NCBI GenBank assembly: GCA_016285515.1
Contig: JAEEQW010000006.1
Location: 78 to 64,077 of the forward strand
From: Bacteroidales bacterium
Lineage (GTDB): Bacteria; Bacteroidota; Bacteroidia; Bacteroidales; BM520
DNA length: 64,000 nt
Direction of reading: 5' to 3'
This document shows positions 34,434 through 43,869 of the stretch, in pieces (position 1 is the stretch's first letter; the number at the start of each line of letters is the position of its first letter). The position numbers and the translations under genes were made by a program. The notes beneath the pieces were generated by a model, which made no database searches, was not told the origin of the DNA, and saw nothing but the letters and a program-made list of their open reading frames with translations.

Positions 34434-35819
34434 TCAGCCTACAAACTGTCTCCAAAGCACCTCAAACGAATCGACTTGCGTCTTCTTCTTGATGTTAGAA
34501 CGGTATTTCGAGATGGTGTTCTCGCGCAGGTCGAGGATGTCGGCGATTTCCTTCATGCGGAAGGGAAAATATGAAAGCACGCAAACATCGAGCTCAGTCT
34601 CGTTCAAGTCTGGATGGGCGACCTTCAGTCGTACCAAGGCATCGGGGTAGGCCTCTTCGAACACTTCAAGGATGCGCTTGGCCTTGTTGTTAAATCGGTC
34701 GTTATAGATAGCCTCCGCCTTTATAAAAAGTGTCTCCAACGCCTTGGCTTCCAAAGTGCCTCGTGCTTCCTGCAAGTCACGTCGGATGACTTCGTGCTCT
34801 TGGTTCATCCTTCTGCGGTAGCGACGATGGTAAATGACAAAGGCAATGGCAGCCAACAGCAGCAATGCCACGACCACATAAACGAAATGCAACACCTTTG
34901 CCTTTTGAGTCGCTTTCTGCGCGCGTAAACCAGCCAAACGCGCATCGCGTTCAGTCTTGTATTGTTCATATTGCTTCACGGCCAACAGCCCATCGCTCAC
35001 CCGCTCTGATTCAGCTTGCACGTATGAGGTTTGGAAACTCTGGCAAAATGCTGAACTATCAGCGTTTTGGTCTTCTTCATAGACCTGTGCCAAAAGCGAC
35101 ATGACGACTCCCTTCTCCACATCGTCACGCTCCATGTCCAAGATTTTCAGCAGATATGGTTTGGCCTCCGCCTTCCTGCCAGAGAAAAACAAATTCATTC
35201 CCATGCATACCGAATCGCCTTTGGAGTCTATGCCTCGCCGTACCTTGAAAGCGATAATTTCTCGCTGCACCTGCAAACAGGAGTCAATTTGGTTGTTGTC
35301 GAAATACAAACTGGACAAAAGATTTCGGGCACCAATGTAGTCCCAAACATTGTCGGAAACTGTGTCCAAATACGGGATTGACTGGTTCAAATGGAACTGC
35401 GCCGAATCATTTTCCTTAACTGTCTCGAAAGCACTTGCCAGCATCCATCCTGTACGAGCCATCCAAACGGTGTCATTGATGGCCTTTTGATAGTTTAACG
35501 CCCAACGCAACGCATCAATCTCAGCATTGTTCTCCATCTTACTTCCGAATATATGTGCCATCTGATAATAGGCCCGCGAGGCCAAAAGCATATCTTCAGC
35601 GGTCATGTCGTCTGGAACATACTCCAATTTTTCGGCCACTCGGATGAAATGCGGAAACGCCGCCAACAAACTGTCTTGACTCGAAAGCACAAATCCACTA
35701 TCATATTGAATCTGAGCCTCTTGAAAATCCGCTTCCGAAGCATGTTGAACATTCCTTCCACAAGCAACCATTGCAAGCAGGAAACACAGGAGAATGATAT
35801 TCAACAGGTGTTTTTTCAT
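34434..35819 (-). CDS. Membrane-anchored TPR-like sensor with a C-terminal LuxR/GerE-like HTH (paralogous architecture to 23266..25026)
   Basis: The 461-aa ORF has a lipoprotein signal (LLAMVACG) and a helical repeat region. A TM helix (VVVALLLLAAIAFVIY) follows. The C-terminus is ELDVCVLSYFPFRMKEIADILDLRENTISKYRSNIKKK. Confidence 0.6.
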   Translation of the reverse strand: MKKHLLNIILLCFLLAMVACGRNVQHASEADFQEAQIQYDSGFVLSSQDSLLAAFPHFIRVAEKLEYVPDDMTAEDMLLASRAYYQMAHIFGSKMENNAEIDALRWALNYQKAINDTVWMARTGWMLASAFETVKENDSAQFHLNQSIPYLDTVSDNVWDYIGARNLLSSLYFDNNQIDSCLQVQREIIAFKVRRGIDSKGDSVCMGMNLFFSGRKAEAKPYLLKILDMERDDVEKGVVMSLLAQVYEEDQNADSSAFCQSFQTSYVQAESERVSDGLLAVKQYEQYKTERDARLAGLRAQKATQKAKVLHFVYVVVALLLLAAIAFVIYHRRYRRRMNQEHEVIRRDLQEARGTLEAKALETLFIKAEAIYNDRFNNKAKRILEVFEEAYPDALVRLKVAHPDLNETELDVCVLSYFPFRMKEIADILDLRENTISKYRSNIKKKTQVDSFEVLWRQFVG

Positions 35820-35915
35820 GGGTGCAAAGATAAATCAATTCAAAACAATTCCCTCTGATTTTTGATTGGTTTTTGACAAATAATTGGTATTTTTGCAAAA
35901 TAAAAACTTTTAAAA

Positions 35916-37928
35916 ATGGCAGAATCAGAAAACATTCCGAAAGGGTTACCGGAAAATGCCCACCGTGAACTGAAACCAGGTGAGACATACGAACCCATAC
36001 TATCAAAAGACAAAAGATATAAAGAAGTTACAGTATGGTCTGTGACAATTGGCTTGCTGATGACCATATTGTTTTCAGCAGCTGCCGCCTATCTCGGCTT
36101 AAAGGTGGGACAGGTCTTTGAAGCGGCCATACCTATAGCGATTATAGCCATTGGTCTGTCGGGAGTTGCAAAGAAAATTGATGCGCTGTCTCAAAATGTC
36201 ATCATACAGTCGATTGGCGGCTGCTCCGGTGGCGTGGTTGCCGGTGCAATATTCACATTGCCTGCTTTGTACATTCTGCAAGGCAAAGGCTACAGTATCA
36301 GCATCAATTACTGGCAGGTGTTTCTAAGCTCGCTGCTTGGCGGTGTTCTCGGAATTTTATTTCTAATACCTTTCAGAAGATATTTTGTGAAGGAACAACA
36401 TGGAAAATATCCTTTCCCGGAAGCCACTGCCACCACACAGGTGCTTGTCAGCGGACAAAAGAAGGGTAAAGATTCGATGTTGCTGGTTATCAGTGGTTTG
36501 ATAGGCGGATTGTACGATTTTATAGTTTCAACCTTCGGTTGGTGGAGTGAGACCATAACCACAAGGATGATAGGCTGGGGCAACACTCTTGCCAACAACG
36601 CAAAACTGATGTTCAAGGTCAACACCGGTGCTGCAGTCCTCGGATTGGGATACATCATCGGCCTCAAATATGCCTTCATCATCTGCTGCGGCTCGCTGTT
36701 AGTATGGTTCATCATCATCCCCGGCATGAACATCTTCTGGGGCAATCAGGTGATAGACCTTATGAACACAGGTATCACACAGACCATAGGTGAGATGTCA
36801 CCCGAAGCAATTTTTTCAGGATATGCACGTCACATTGGCATCGGCGGCATCGCTATGGCCGGTCTCATCAGCATCATCAAATCATGGGGCGTAATCAAAT
36901 CATCGGTCAAACTTGCCACAAATGAATTCAAAGGAAAGAAAAACACAGATATAACTGTTGACCGCACTGACAAAGACTTGTCCATGAAATTCATTGTCAT
37001 GGGTATCATTGTGGTGCTCATCATCACATTTTTATTCTTCTGGTTCGGAGTAGTCCACAACGCAGGTCATGCCGTCATAGGCATTCTGGTTGTCGCTGTG
37101 ATATCGTTCTTGTTCACTACTGTGGCTGCCAACGCAATTGCAATAGTAGGTTCAAACCCTGTCAGTGGAATGACGCTTATGACTCTGATACTTGCATCAT
37201 TGGTGATGGTTGCTGCAGGACTTAGCGGTTCTGACGGAATGACGGCAACGCTGATAATAGGTGGGGTTGTTTGCACTGCTCTTGCAGTTGCAGGTGCTTT
37301 CATCACCGACCTGAAAGTCGGGTATTGGATAGGCACAACTCCGAGGAATCAGGAAATCTGGAAGTTTGTCGGTGTAATCGTTGCAGCCGCAACAGTTTCA
37401 GGCGTAATAATGGTATTGAACAAAGCATACGGATTCGTAGGTGACAGTGCTCTTGTGGCACCGCAGGCCAATGCGATGTCAGCGGTGATAGAACCGATGA
37501 TGTCAGGCGGAAATGCACCATGGCTACTTTACGGCATAGGTGCAGCCATCGCACTGATTCTCACGCTGATAAAAGTTCCGGCTCTTCCATTTGCATTAGG
37601 TATGTTCATCCCTATCGACCTCAACATCCCTCTTCTTATAGGCGGAGCAATCGCATGGTACGTGAACACACGCAGCAAAAACGAAAAGCTCAACGCAGCA
37701 CGCTACAACAGAGGCACACTCATCGCATCGGGCTTCATCGCCGGTGGCGCTCTCATGGGCGTTGTAAGCGCAATCCTCAAATTCGCCAACGTCAACCTCA
37801 CAGCCATGACCGCATCGGGAGAACCTTTCTCCTCAACATCTCTTGCAGGACTTATCGCCCTGATAATGTACATAGCCCTCATCATATACATGATATGGGA
37901 TTCAAAACGCGCTAAAATTGATGATTAA
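35916..37928 (+). CDS. OPT family oligopeptide transporter
   Basis: The 670-aa polytopic membrane protein has an N-terminal KPGETYEPILS plus many TM segments, which is typical of bacterial OPT transporters. A TATTTTTG box lies at 35888-35895. Confidence 0.8.
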   Translation: MAESENIPKGLPENAHRELKPGETYEPILSKDKRYKEVTVWSVTIGLLMTILFSAAAAYLGLKVGQVFEAAIPIAIIAIGLSGVAKKIDALSQNVIIQSIGGCSGGVVAGAIFTLPALYILQGKGYSISINYWQVFLSSLLGGVLGILFLIPFRRYFVKEQHGKYPFPEATATTQVLVSGQKKGKDSMLLVISGLIGGLYDFIVSTFGWWSETITTRMIGWGNTLANNAKLMFKVNTGAAVLGLGYIIGLKYAFIICCGSLLVWFIIIPGMNIFWGNQVIDLMNTGITQTIGEMSPEAIFSGYARHIGIGGIAMAGLISIIKSWGVIKSSVKLATNEFKGKKNTDITVDRTDKDLSMKFIVMGIIVVLIITFLFFWFGVVHNAGHAVIGILVVAVISFLFTTVAANAIAIVGSNPVSGMTLMTLILASLVMVAAGLSGSDGMTATLIIGGVVCTALAVAGAFITDLKVGYWIGTTPRNQEIWKFVGVIVAAATVSGVIMVLNKAYGFVGDSALVAPQANAMSAVIEPMMSGGNAPWLLYGIGAAIALILTLIKVPALPFALGMFIPIDLNIPLLIGGAIAWYVNTRSKNEKLNAARYNRGTLIASGFIAGGALMGVVSAILKFANVNLTAMTASGEPFSSTSLAGLIALIMYIALIIYMIWDSKRAKIDD

Positions 37929-37938
37929 TACATACAAC

Positions 37939-39156
37939 ATGGAAAAACTATTAGATAAATTTTTAAGATACATTTCGGTTGACACACAGTCGGACCCTGA
38001 GTCTGAAAGTCAGCCGAGCACACAGAAACAGTTCAACCTTCTCAACATGCTCCTTAACGAGCTGAAGGCAATGGGAATAGAAGCAACCCTTGACGAATAT
38101 GGTTATGTTATGGCCTCCATCCCGTCAAACACCGGCAAAAACATTCCGCCTATAGGTTTCATTTCACACGTTGACACTTCGCCAGACGCTTCCGGAACCG
38201 ACATCAAACCGCAGATTATCAAAAACTACGATGGCGGTGACATACTGCTCAACAAGGAGAAAAACCTGTCACTAAAAGTCTCGGAATTCCCCGAGATGGC
38301 ACAGTATAAGGGACAAACGATGATTACCACCGACGGCAATACGCTTCTCGGTGCCGATGACAAAGGCGGTGTGGCAGCCATAATGTATGCGGCAGAATAC
38401 ATCATGGAACATCCTGATTTCAAGCATGGTGAGATTAAAATAGGCTTCACGCCCGATGAAGAGATAGGCCGCGGTGTGGCAAAGTTTGATGTCAAGAAAT
38501 TCGGTGCAAAATATGCCTACACAATTGACGGCGGTGAAATCGGAGAACTCGAATATGAAAATTTCAACGCAGCAGCTGCAAAAGTCCACATCCAGGGCCG
38601 CAACATACACCCCGGATATGGCAAAGGCAAGATGATAAATGCAATTCTTGTGGCAATGGAACTCAACGGAATGCTCCCAGTGGAACAGCGTCCTGAATTC
38701 ACTTGCGACTACGAAGGATTCATCCATATCATCAACTTTGCAGGAACTGTGGAGGAATCAACCATGCAATACATCATCCGTGACCACGACACCTCAAAAT
38801 TCGAGGCAAAAAAGCAAATAATTGCCGATGCTGTCGATTTCATCAACAAAAAATACGGCAACATTGTAACACTGGAAATTAAGCACCAGTACAACAACAT
38901 GCGCCAGCAGGTTGAACCGCATTACCAGATTATCGAAAAGGCAATAAAAGCCATGGAAATGGCAGGAATAAAGCCGAAAATCCAGCCTATCAGAGGAGGT
39001 ACAGACGGAGCCAATCTGTCGTTTATGGGTCTTCCGTGTCCCAATATCTTTGCCGGAGGCCACAACTTCCACGGAAAAATGGAATACGTCCCTCTCGAAA
39101 GCATGGAAAAAGCTTCACAGGTCATACTCAACATCATCAAATTATTTACTGAATAA
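37939..39156 (+). CDS. pepT: Peptidase T (tripeptide aminopeptidase, M20B)
   Basis: The start is MEKLLDKFLRYISVDTQSDPES. The motifs HVDTSPD, GADDKGG and FTPDEEIG are present. Confidence 0.85.
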   Translation: MEKLLDKFLRYISVDTQSDPESESQPSTQKQFNLLNMLLNELKAMGIEATLDEYGYVMASIPSNTGKNIPPIGFISHVDTSPDASGTDIKPQIIKNYDGGDILLNKEKNLSLKVSEFPEMAQYKGQTMITTDGNTLLGADDKGGVAAIMYAAEYIMEHPDFKHGEIKIGFTPDEEIGRGVAKFDVKKFGAKYAYTIDGGEIGELEYENFNAAAAKVHIQGRNIHPGYGKGKMINAILVAMELNGMLPVEQRPEFTCDYEGFIHIINFAGTVEESTMQYIIRDHDTSKFEAKKQIIADAVDFINKKYGNIVTLEIKHQYNNMRQQVEPHYQIIEKAIKAMEMAGIKPKIQPIRGGTDGANLSFMGLPCPNIFAGGHNFHGKMEYVPLESMEKASQVILNIIKLFTE

Positions 39157-39157
39157 C

Positions 39158-39757
39158 ATGAAAAGACATCTTGTCACAATAATTGCCATAATCGCCGCAT
39201 TGTGTATCACGGCATGCAACAACCAGCAGGGCAAAAAGAAAGAAACAACTGAAAAAGGGACTGTTTCAAACACAGCTGATAAGACGATGACTCCCGAGGA
39301 ACAGGCTCGACACGATTCACAGATTTTCAGAGCAGCCGTTGACAATGAAATGAGGAAAATAGTTCCTAATATGAATACCAACAACGTTGTCATGGAAAAT
39401 GCAAATGAAGTCTCCGACAATGACACCACCATATATGAACTCACCAACAAGCTTACAACATTCCCTCAGTTTCAGGGTGGAATGGACAAACTTCCCTTGT
39501 TCCTGCAGACACATCTCGTATATCCTCAATCAGCACAGGATATAAGGGCACAAGGAATTGTCAAGGTATGGTTTATCATAGAAAAAGACGGTTCCATAGG
39601 CAATGTCGGCATAGAGGAAGGATTCAACAAAGCCTGTGAAGAAGAGGCAATACGTGTCGTCAAGCTGTTTCCGAAATGGGAACCCGGCAAGGTCGGCAAC
39701 AAACCCGTCCGTGTCAGAATGGTGCTTCCAATAAATTATTCAATCCAATTTCAATAA
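39158..39757 (+). CDS. Energy transducer TonB-family C-terminal domain lipoprotein
   Basis: I placed the start at MKRHLVTIIAIIAALCITAC. The C-terminal TonB_C-like sequence is FPQFQGGMDKLPLFLQTHLVYPQSAQDIRAQGIVKVWFIIEKDGSI...PGKVGNKPVRVRMVLPINY. Confidence 0.7.
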   Translation: MKRHLVTIIAIIAALCITACNNQQGKKKETTEKGTVSNTADKTMTPEEQARHDSQIFRAAVDNEMRKIVPNMNTNNVVMENANEVSDNDTTIYELTNKLTTFPQFQGGMDKLPLFLQTHLVYPQSAQDIRAQGIVKVWFIIEKDGSIGNVGIEEGFNKACEEEAIRVVKLFPKWEPGKVGNKPVRVRMVLPINYSIQFQ

Positions 39758-39769
39758 AATAATCAATTC

Positions 39770-40711
39770 ATGTCAAACTTCATTTTTTTACAATCGACCG
39801 AAGCAATAGCCTCAGCACAAGCTGCCGCCGATTCTATAAAGAACAGCGGCGAAACTGCCATTAAAGCCCTTGGGTCAAAAAGTCCTGATGAGATTGTTTC
39901 ATCCCTCACTGAATCGGCGATTCATTTCGGACTGAAGGTGCTTGCCGCCCTCGTTATTTTAGGTTTGGGGGCATGGATTATCAAAATGGTGCGCAAAGGG
40001 GTGCGCAAACGCATGGGCAAACGTAAGGAAAACGATTCTGCGCTGATATCATTCACCGACAGCCTTGTGTCCATAATTCTTTGGATTCTGCTTATATGCT
40101 CAACTATAGCCGCTTTGGGCATTAACACCACCGGCCTGGCTGCCCTTCTCGCTGCAGGTGGCATGGCAATAGGCATGGCTATGAGCGGAACTGTACAGAA
40201 TTTCACCGGCGGAATCATGCTGCTCATCTTTAAGCCTTTCAAATCCGGTGACTTCATAGAGGCACAAGGATTCTCCGGCACCGTTAAAGAAATGAACATT
40301 GTGAGCACAAAAATCATCACCGTTGACAACAAGGAAATCATCATCCCAAACGGTGCCCTTTTCAACGGCACCATCAATAACTACTCATCACAGACGCTGC
40401 GACGTGTGGATTGGGGTGTTGACGTGTCATACGGCTCTGACAGTGAGGCTGTCAAAAAGGAAATCATGCAGATACTCATTGCCGACAAGAGAGTGCTTGA
40501 CTCTTCCACATCAGGGGCACAGGATCCCTTCATTGCACTTGCCGCCATGAAGGAGAGCAGCATAGAATACACCGTGCGCGCCTGGGTCAAATCGTCCGAC
40601 TATTGGGGTGTAAAGTTCGATATCAACGATGCCATATACACTACCCTTCCTAAGAAGGGAATATCCTTCCCATTCCCTCAGTTGGACGTTCACATGATAA
40701 AGGAATCATAA
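39770..40711 (+). CDS. Mechanosensitive ion channel (MscS family)
   Basis: There are three TM segments. The conserved sequence is FKPFKSGDFIEAQGFSGTVKEMNIVSTKIITVDNKEIIIPNGALFNGTINNYS. Confidence 0.85.
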   Translation: MSNFIFLQSTEAIASAQAAADSIKNSGETAIKALGSKSPDEIVSSLTESAIHFGLKVLAALVILGLGAWIIKMVRKGVRKRMGKRKENDSALISFTDSLVSIILWILLICSTIAALGINTTGLAALLAAGGMAIGMAMSGTVQNFTGGIMLLIFKPFKSGDFIEAQGFSGTVKEMNIVSTKIITVDNKEIIIPNGALFNGTINNYSSQTLRRVDWGVDVSYGSDSEAVKKEIMQILIADKRVLDSSTSGAQDPFIALAAMKESSIEYTVRAWVKSSDYWGVKFDINDAIYTTLPKKGISFPFPQLDVHMIKES

Positions 40712-40749
40712 ATTTTGCGATAATTGCGATGCAATTAAATTATTTATTG

Positions 40750-40757
40750 TACATTTG
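40750..40757 (+). promoter_or_regulatory. -7 box TACATTTG upstream of tRNA-Leu
   Basis: The sequence matches TAnnTTTG and lies 23 nt upstream of the tRNA 5' end. Confidence 0.4.
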
Positions 40758-40779
40758 CAGCGCAAAACAAATCCGCAAA

Positions 40780-40861
40780 GCCCGAGTGGCGGAATAGGTA
40801 GACGCGACGGTCTCAAAAACCGTTGAGGTAACTCGTGCCGGTTCGATTCCGGCCTCGGGTA
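40780..40861 (+). tRNA. tRNA-Leu (anticodon CAA), class II with a long variable arm
   Basis: The acceptor stem is GCCCGAG/CTCGGGT. The anticodon stem is ACGGT/ACCGT with loop CTCAAAA. A long variable arm is present. The T arm is GCCGG-TTCGATT-CCGGC. Confidence 0.9.
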
Positions 40862-40869
40862 CATAAAAA

Positions 40870-41439
40870 ATGGCAAAGTATCTTATTGTAGGTCTGGGTA
40901 ATCCAGGGGAAGAATATGAACGTTCACGCCATAACATCGGATGGATGGTGGCAGACGAACTCACCAAAGATGTTGCCGAACCCTTTACTGCCGAACGCTA
41001 TGGATTTGTAAGAACCATGCGCTACAAAGGCAGAATCCTGATAGTCCTCAAACCCACAACTTTCATGAACCTCAGCGGCAAAGCCGTCAGATATTGGTTG
41101 GATAAGGAGAATATCCCTTTGGAAAACCTTCTCGTTATCTCTGACGACCTTGACCTCGACTTGGGCAGAATAAGAATCAAAACCAAAGGCAGCGGTGGCT
41201 CACACAACGGTCTGAATAATATCATTGAAACACTTAACACACAGCAGTTCAGTCGTATGCGTTTTGGAATAGGACACGATTTCAACTATGGCGAACAGAT
41301 AGATTATGTCCTTGGAAAAATTTCAGACGAAGAAATGAAAAACAATATCCAGCCACGCCTCGAAATCGCAGCAGAAGCCATAAAAAGTTTCGTGACAGCA
41401 GGTCCCAGTTTCACCATGTCAAACTTCAACAACAAATAA
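40870..41439 (+). CDS. pth: Peptidyl-tRNA hydrolase
   Basis: The N-terminus MAKYLIVGLGNPGEEYERSRHNIGWMV is the canonical Pth N-terminus. Confidence 0.9.
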   Translation: MAKYLIVGLGNPGEEYERSRHNIGWMVADELTKDVAEPFTAERYGFVRTMRYKGRILIVLKPTTFMNLSGKAVRYWLDKENIPLENLLVISDDLDLDLGRIRIKTKGSGGSHNGLNNIIETLNTQQFSRMRFGIGHDFNYGEQIDYVLGKISDEEMKNNIQPRLEIAAEAIKSFVTAGPSFTMSNFNNK

Positions 41440-41454
41440 TTAATTTCTTTAATC

Positions 41455-43068
41455 ATGTCAACAAAAACCAAAATATACTTGCCGCTCATCATTGTATGCT
41501 CAATCATTGCAGGTCTGTTTCTTGCAACCTACATCATGCCTGTGGGAAACTTGCCTCAACAAAACAATACAGAACAAGGCACCGCAAGATTCAACAAACT
41601 CATTAATCTTCTCGATGCCAAATACGTCGATTCTGTTGACAACTACGAACTTGAAGCAATAGCAATGGAAAAGATGCTTGATGAACTTGACCCGCATTCG
41701 GTTTATCTCAACTCCAAAGACCTGAAATCGAGCGATGAGGCTATGCAAGGCAATTTCGAAGGCATCGGTGTGCAGTTCAGAATCGAAGAAGACACTATTT
41801 TCATCGTTCAGACCATACAAGGCGGCCCTTCTGAAAAAGTGGGAATAAGAGCCGGTGACAGGATAGTTAAAGTCAACGACAGTATAGTTGCAGGAGTAGG
41901 TATCAAAAACGAAGACGTCCAGCATTTGCTCAAAGGTCCGAAAGGAACCGAGGTCAATGTTGGAATTGTTCGCCGCGGCATCACAGACACACTCTACTAC
42001 AATATCGTCAGAAATGTAATTCCCAACACGAGCGTCGATATAGCATATATGATTGATGACTCCACCGGTTTCATCAAGATTTCATCCTTTTCAATGACAA
42101 CATCGCAGGAATTCAGCGAGGCCCTCTCCAGACTGAAATTCTTAGGGATGACCAATTTAATCCTTGATTTGCGATACAACGGCGGAGGTTTGCTGAAGTC
42201 TGCAATTGAAGTCTCGTCACAATTTCTGAAGAAGAATTCTCTCATTGTTTTCACCGAAGGCCTCAACTCTCCGCGTGTTAACGGTGTAGCTCTCAGCAAA
42301 GGCAAATTCCTTGACGGAAATCTTGTAATTCTTGTCAATGAGGCATCAGCCTCGGCAAGTGAAATCGTAGCCGGTGCAATACAAGACCACGACAGAGGTG
42401 TCATCGTGGGAAGAACAACTTTCGGAAAAGGTCTCGTCCAAGAACAAATGCAGCTTGACGACAGCTCTGCCGTCCGCATCACGGTAGCAAGATACCACAC
42501 CCCAAGCGGCAGATGTATCCAACGCTCATACGCAAACGGCAAGGAAAAATATTATGAGGAATACTACGAACGCTACCTGTCGGGTGAACTTGAATTTGCC
42601 GACAGCATTCATACTGTGGATACCACCAAACAATATTTTACCGACAATGGCAGAATCGTTTATGGCGGAGGCGGTATCACCCCTGATGTCTTCGTACCAA
42701 TCGAAGACTACAAAGACAATGATTTCTACTACCAAATCATCAATAAATCTGTCATTTTCAAATACGCTTTCAACTACACCGACAGCAATCGTGATATGCT
42801 GATGAAACAATTTCCCACTGCAAAAGATTTTATCAACAAATTTACGGTAACTCCAAAAATGATGAATGACATTTTAGAAGAAGCCGAAAAGAATAACATC
42901 ACAATAAATACCACTGAATATCAAGAAGTTAAAAAAGAAATAGCTATACTTACAAAATCTTATATCGGAAGAAATCTTTTCGATTACGAAGGTTTTTATC
43001 CTGTTTATAATTCCATGGACAAGGAGGTAAAAAAGGCTGTGGAAGTCATACATAATGGCAATTATTAA
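41455..43068 (+). CDS. ctp: S41 family C-terminal processing peptidase
   Basis: An N-terminal TM segment is present. A PDZ region (GIGVQFRIEEDTIFIVQTIQGGPSEKVGIRAGDRIVKVND) follows. The S41 catalytic region is LVNEASASASEIVAGAIQDHDRGVIVGRTTFGKGLVQ. Confidence 0.85.
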   Translation: MSTKTKIYLPLIIVCSIIAGLFLATYIMPVGNLPQQNNTEQGTARFNKLINLLDAKYVDSVDNYELEAIAMEKMLDELDPHSVYLNSKDLKSSDEAMQGNFEGIGVQFRIEEDTIFIVQTIQGGPSEKVGIRAGDRIVKVNDSIVAGVGIKNEDVQHLLKGPKGTEVNVGIVRRGITDTLYYNIVRNVIPNTSVDIAYMIDDSTGFIKISSFSMTTSQEFSEALSRLKFLGMTNLILDLRYNGGGLLKSAIEVSSQFLKKNSLIVFTEGLNSPRVNGVALSKGKFLDGNLVILVNEASASASEIVAGAIQDHDRGVIVGRTTFGKGLVQEQMQLDDSSAVRITVARYHTPSGRCIQRSYANGKEKYYEEYYERYLSGELEFADSIHTVDTTKQYFTDNGRIVYGGGGITPDVFVPIEDYKDNDFYYQIINKSVIFKYAFNYTDSNRDMLMKQFPTAKDFINKFTVTPKMMNDILEEAEKNNITINTTEYQEVKKEIAILTKSYIGRNLFDYEGFYPVYNSMDKEVKKAVEVIHNGNY

Positions 43069-43089
43069 TATATTTGCAAAAATAAAAAT

Positions 43090-43770
43090 ATGATAAATAT
43101 GAAAAAGTACTTAGCAGAAATGTTCGGAACCATGGTATTGGTTCTTTTGGGATGCGGTACAGCCGTCAGTTTGAATTGCGGCATCGACCCTGCATCAGTA
43201 ATCGGCACAGCATGTGCTTTCGGTCTTGCAGTAGTAGCCATGGCTTACACCATCGGCAATATTTCAGGATGTCACATTAACCCTGCAATCACGCTTGGTT
43301 GCTGGATTGCCAAACGCATCAGCGGCAAAGATGCCATAATGTATATGGTATTCCAATGCATTGGAGCCTTCATTGGTTCTGCAATTTTGTATCTGATGGT
43401 CTCCATGCTTGGAGCCGAAGGCACAACAACTGGTGCAAATGTATGCTCGGAAGGACCTGTAACAGGAATGATTATCGAGATTTTCCTGACATGCGTGTTT
43501 GTCCTCGTAGTTCTCGGTACAACCGACTCCAAGAAAGGAGCAGGTAACCTTGCCGGTCTCGCCATCGGTATTTCATTAATAGTAGTTCATTTGGTAGGCA
43601 TTCACTATACAGGTACGTCAGTTAACCCTGCACGTTCACTCGCTCCTGCCGTTTTCGAAGGCGGTGAAGCTCTGAAACAGGTGTGGGCTTACATTGTCGG
43701 TCCTTTCATCGGTGCTGTTCTTGCTGCACTCATTTGGTGTCTGATTGGCAATGAACCTGCTAAAAAATAA
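43090..43770 (+). CDS. aqpZ: Aquaporin (MIP family)
   Basis: Two NPA boxes are present (GCHINPAITL and GTSVNPARSL). The start could be 43090 or 43099. Confidence 0.9.
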   Translation: MINMKKYLAEMFGTMVLVLLGCGTAVSLNCGIDPASVIGTACAFGLAVVAMAYTIGNISGCHINPAITLGCWIAKRISGKDAIMYMVFQCIGAFIGSAILYLMVSMLGAEGTTTGANVCSEGPVTGMIIEIFLTCVFVLVVLGTTDSKKGAGNLAGLAIGISLIVVHLVGIHYTGTSVNPARSLAPAVFEGGEALKQVWAYIVGPFIGAVLAALIWCLIGNEPAKK

Positions 43771-43804
43771 TTTACATTTTCTTTCCCAATGTATTAGAAT
43801 TATG

Positions 43805-43840
43805 GTGAGAGTGTCTGATGATGCTCTCACTTTTTATTTT
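43805..43840 (+). terminator. Rho-independent terminator after aqpZ
   Basis: The stem is GTGAGAG (43805-43811) paired with CTCTCAC (43824-43830). TTTTTATTTT follows. Confidence 0.75.
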
Positions 43841-43869
43841 ATAAATCGTTATCAATCAATATTATCATT

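Noticed and set aside
12344-35819. Calling the compositional island an integrative or conjugative element
   Set aside because: I saw no integrase, transposase, relaxase, or tRNA-flanked att repeat. Only gene stumps and short duplications are present, so mobile-element status cannot be supported.
36308-36745. 145-aa minus-strand ORF, plus other ORFs antisense to the OPT, pepT and MscS genes
   Set aside because: They are antisense to strongly supported membrane-protein or peptidase genes and have unusual Met/Pro-rich composition.
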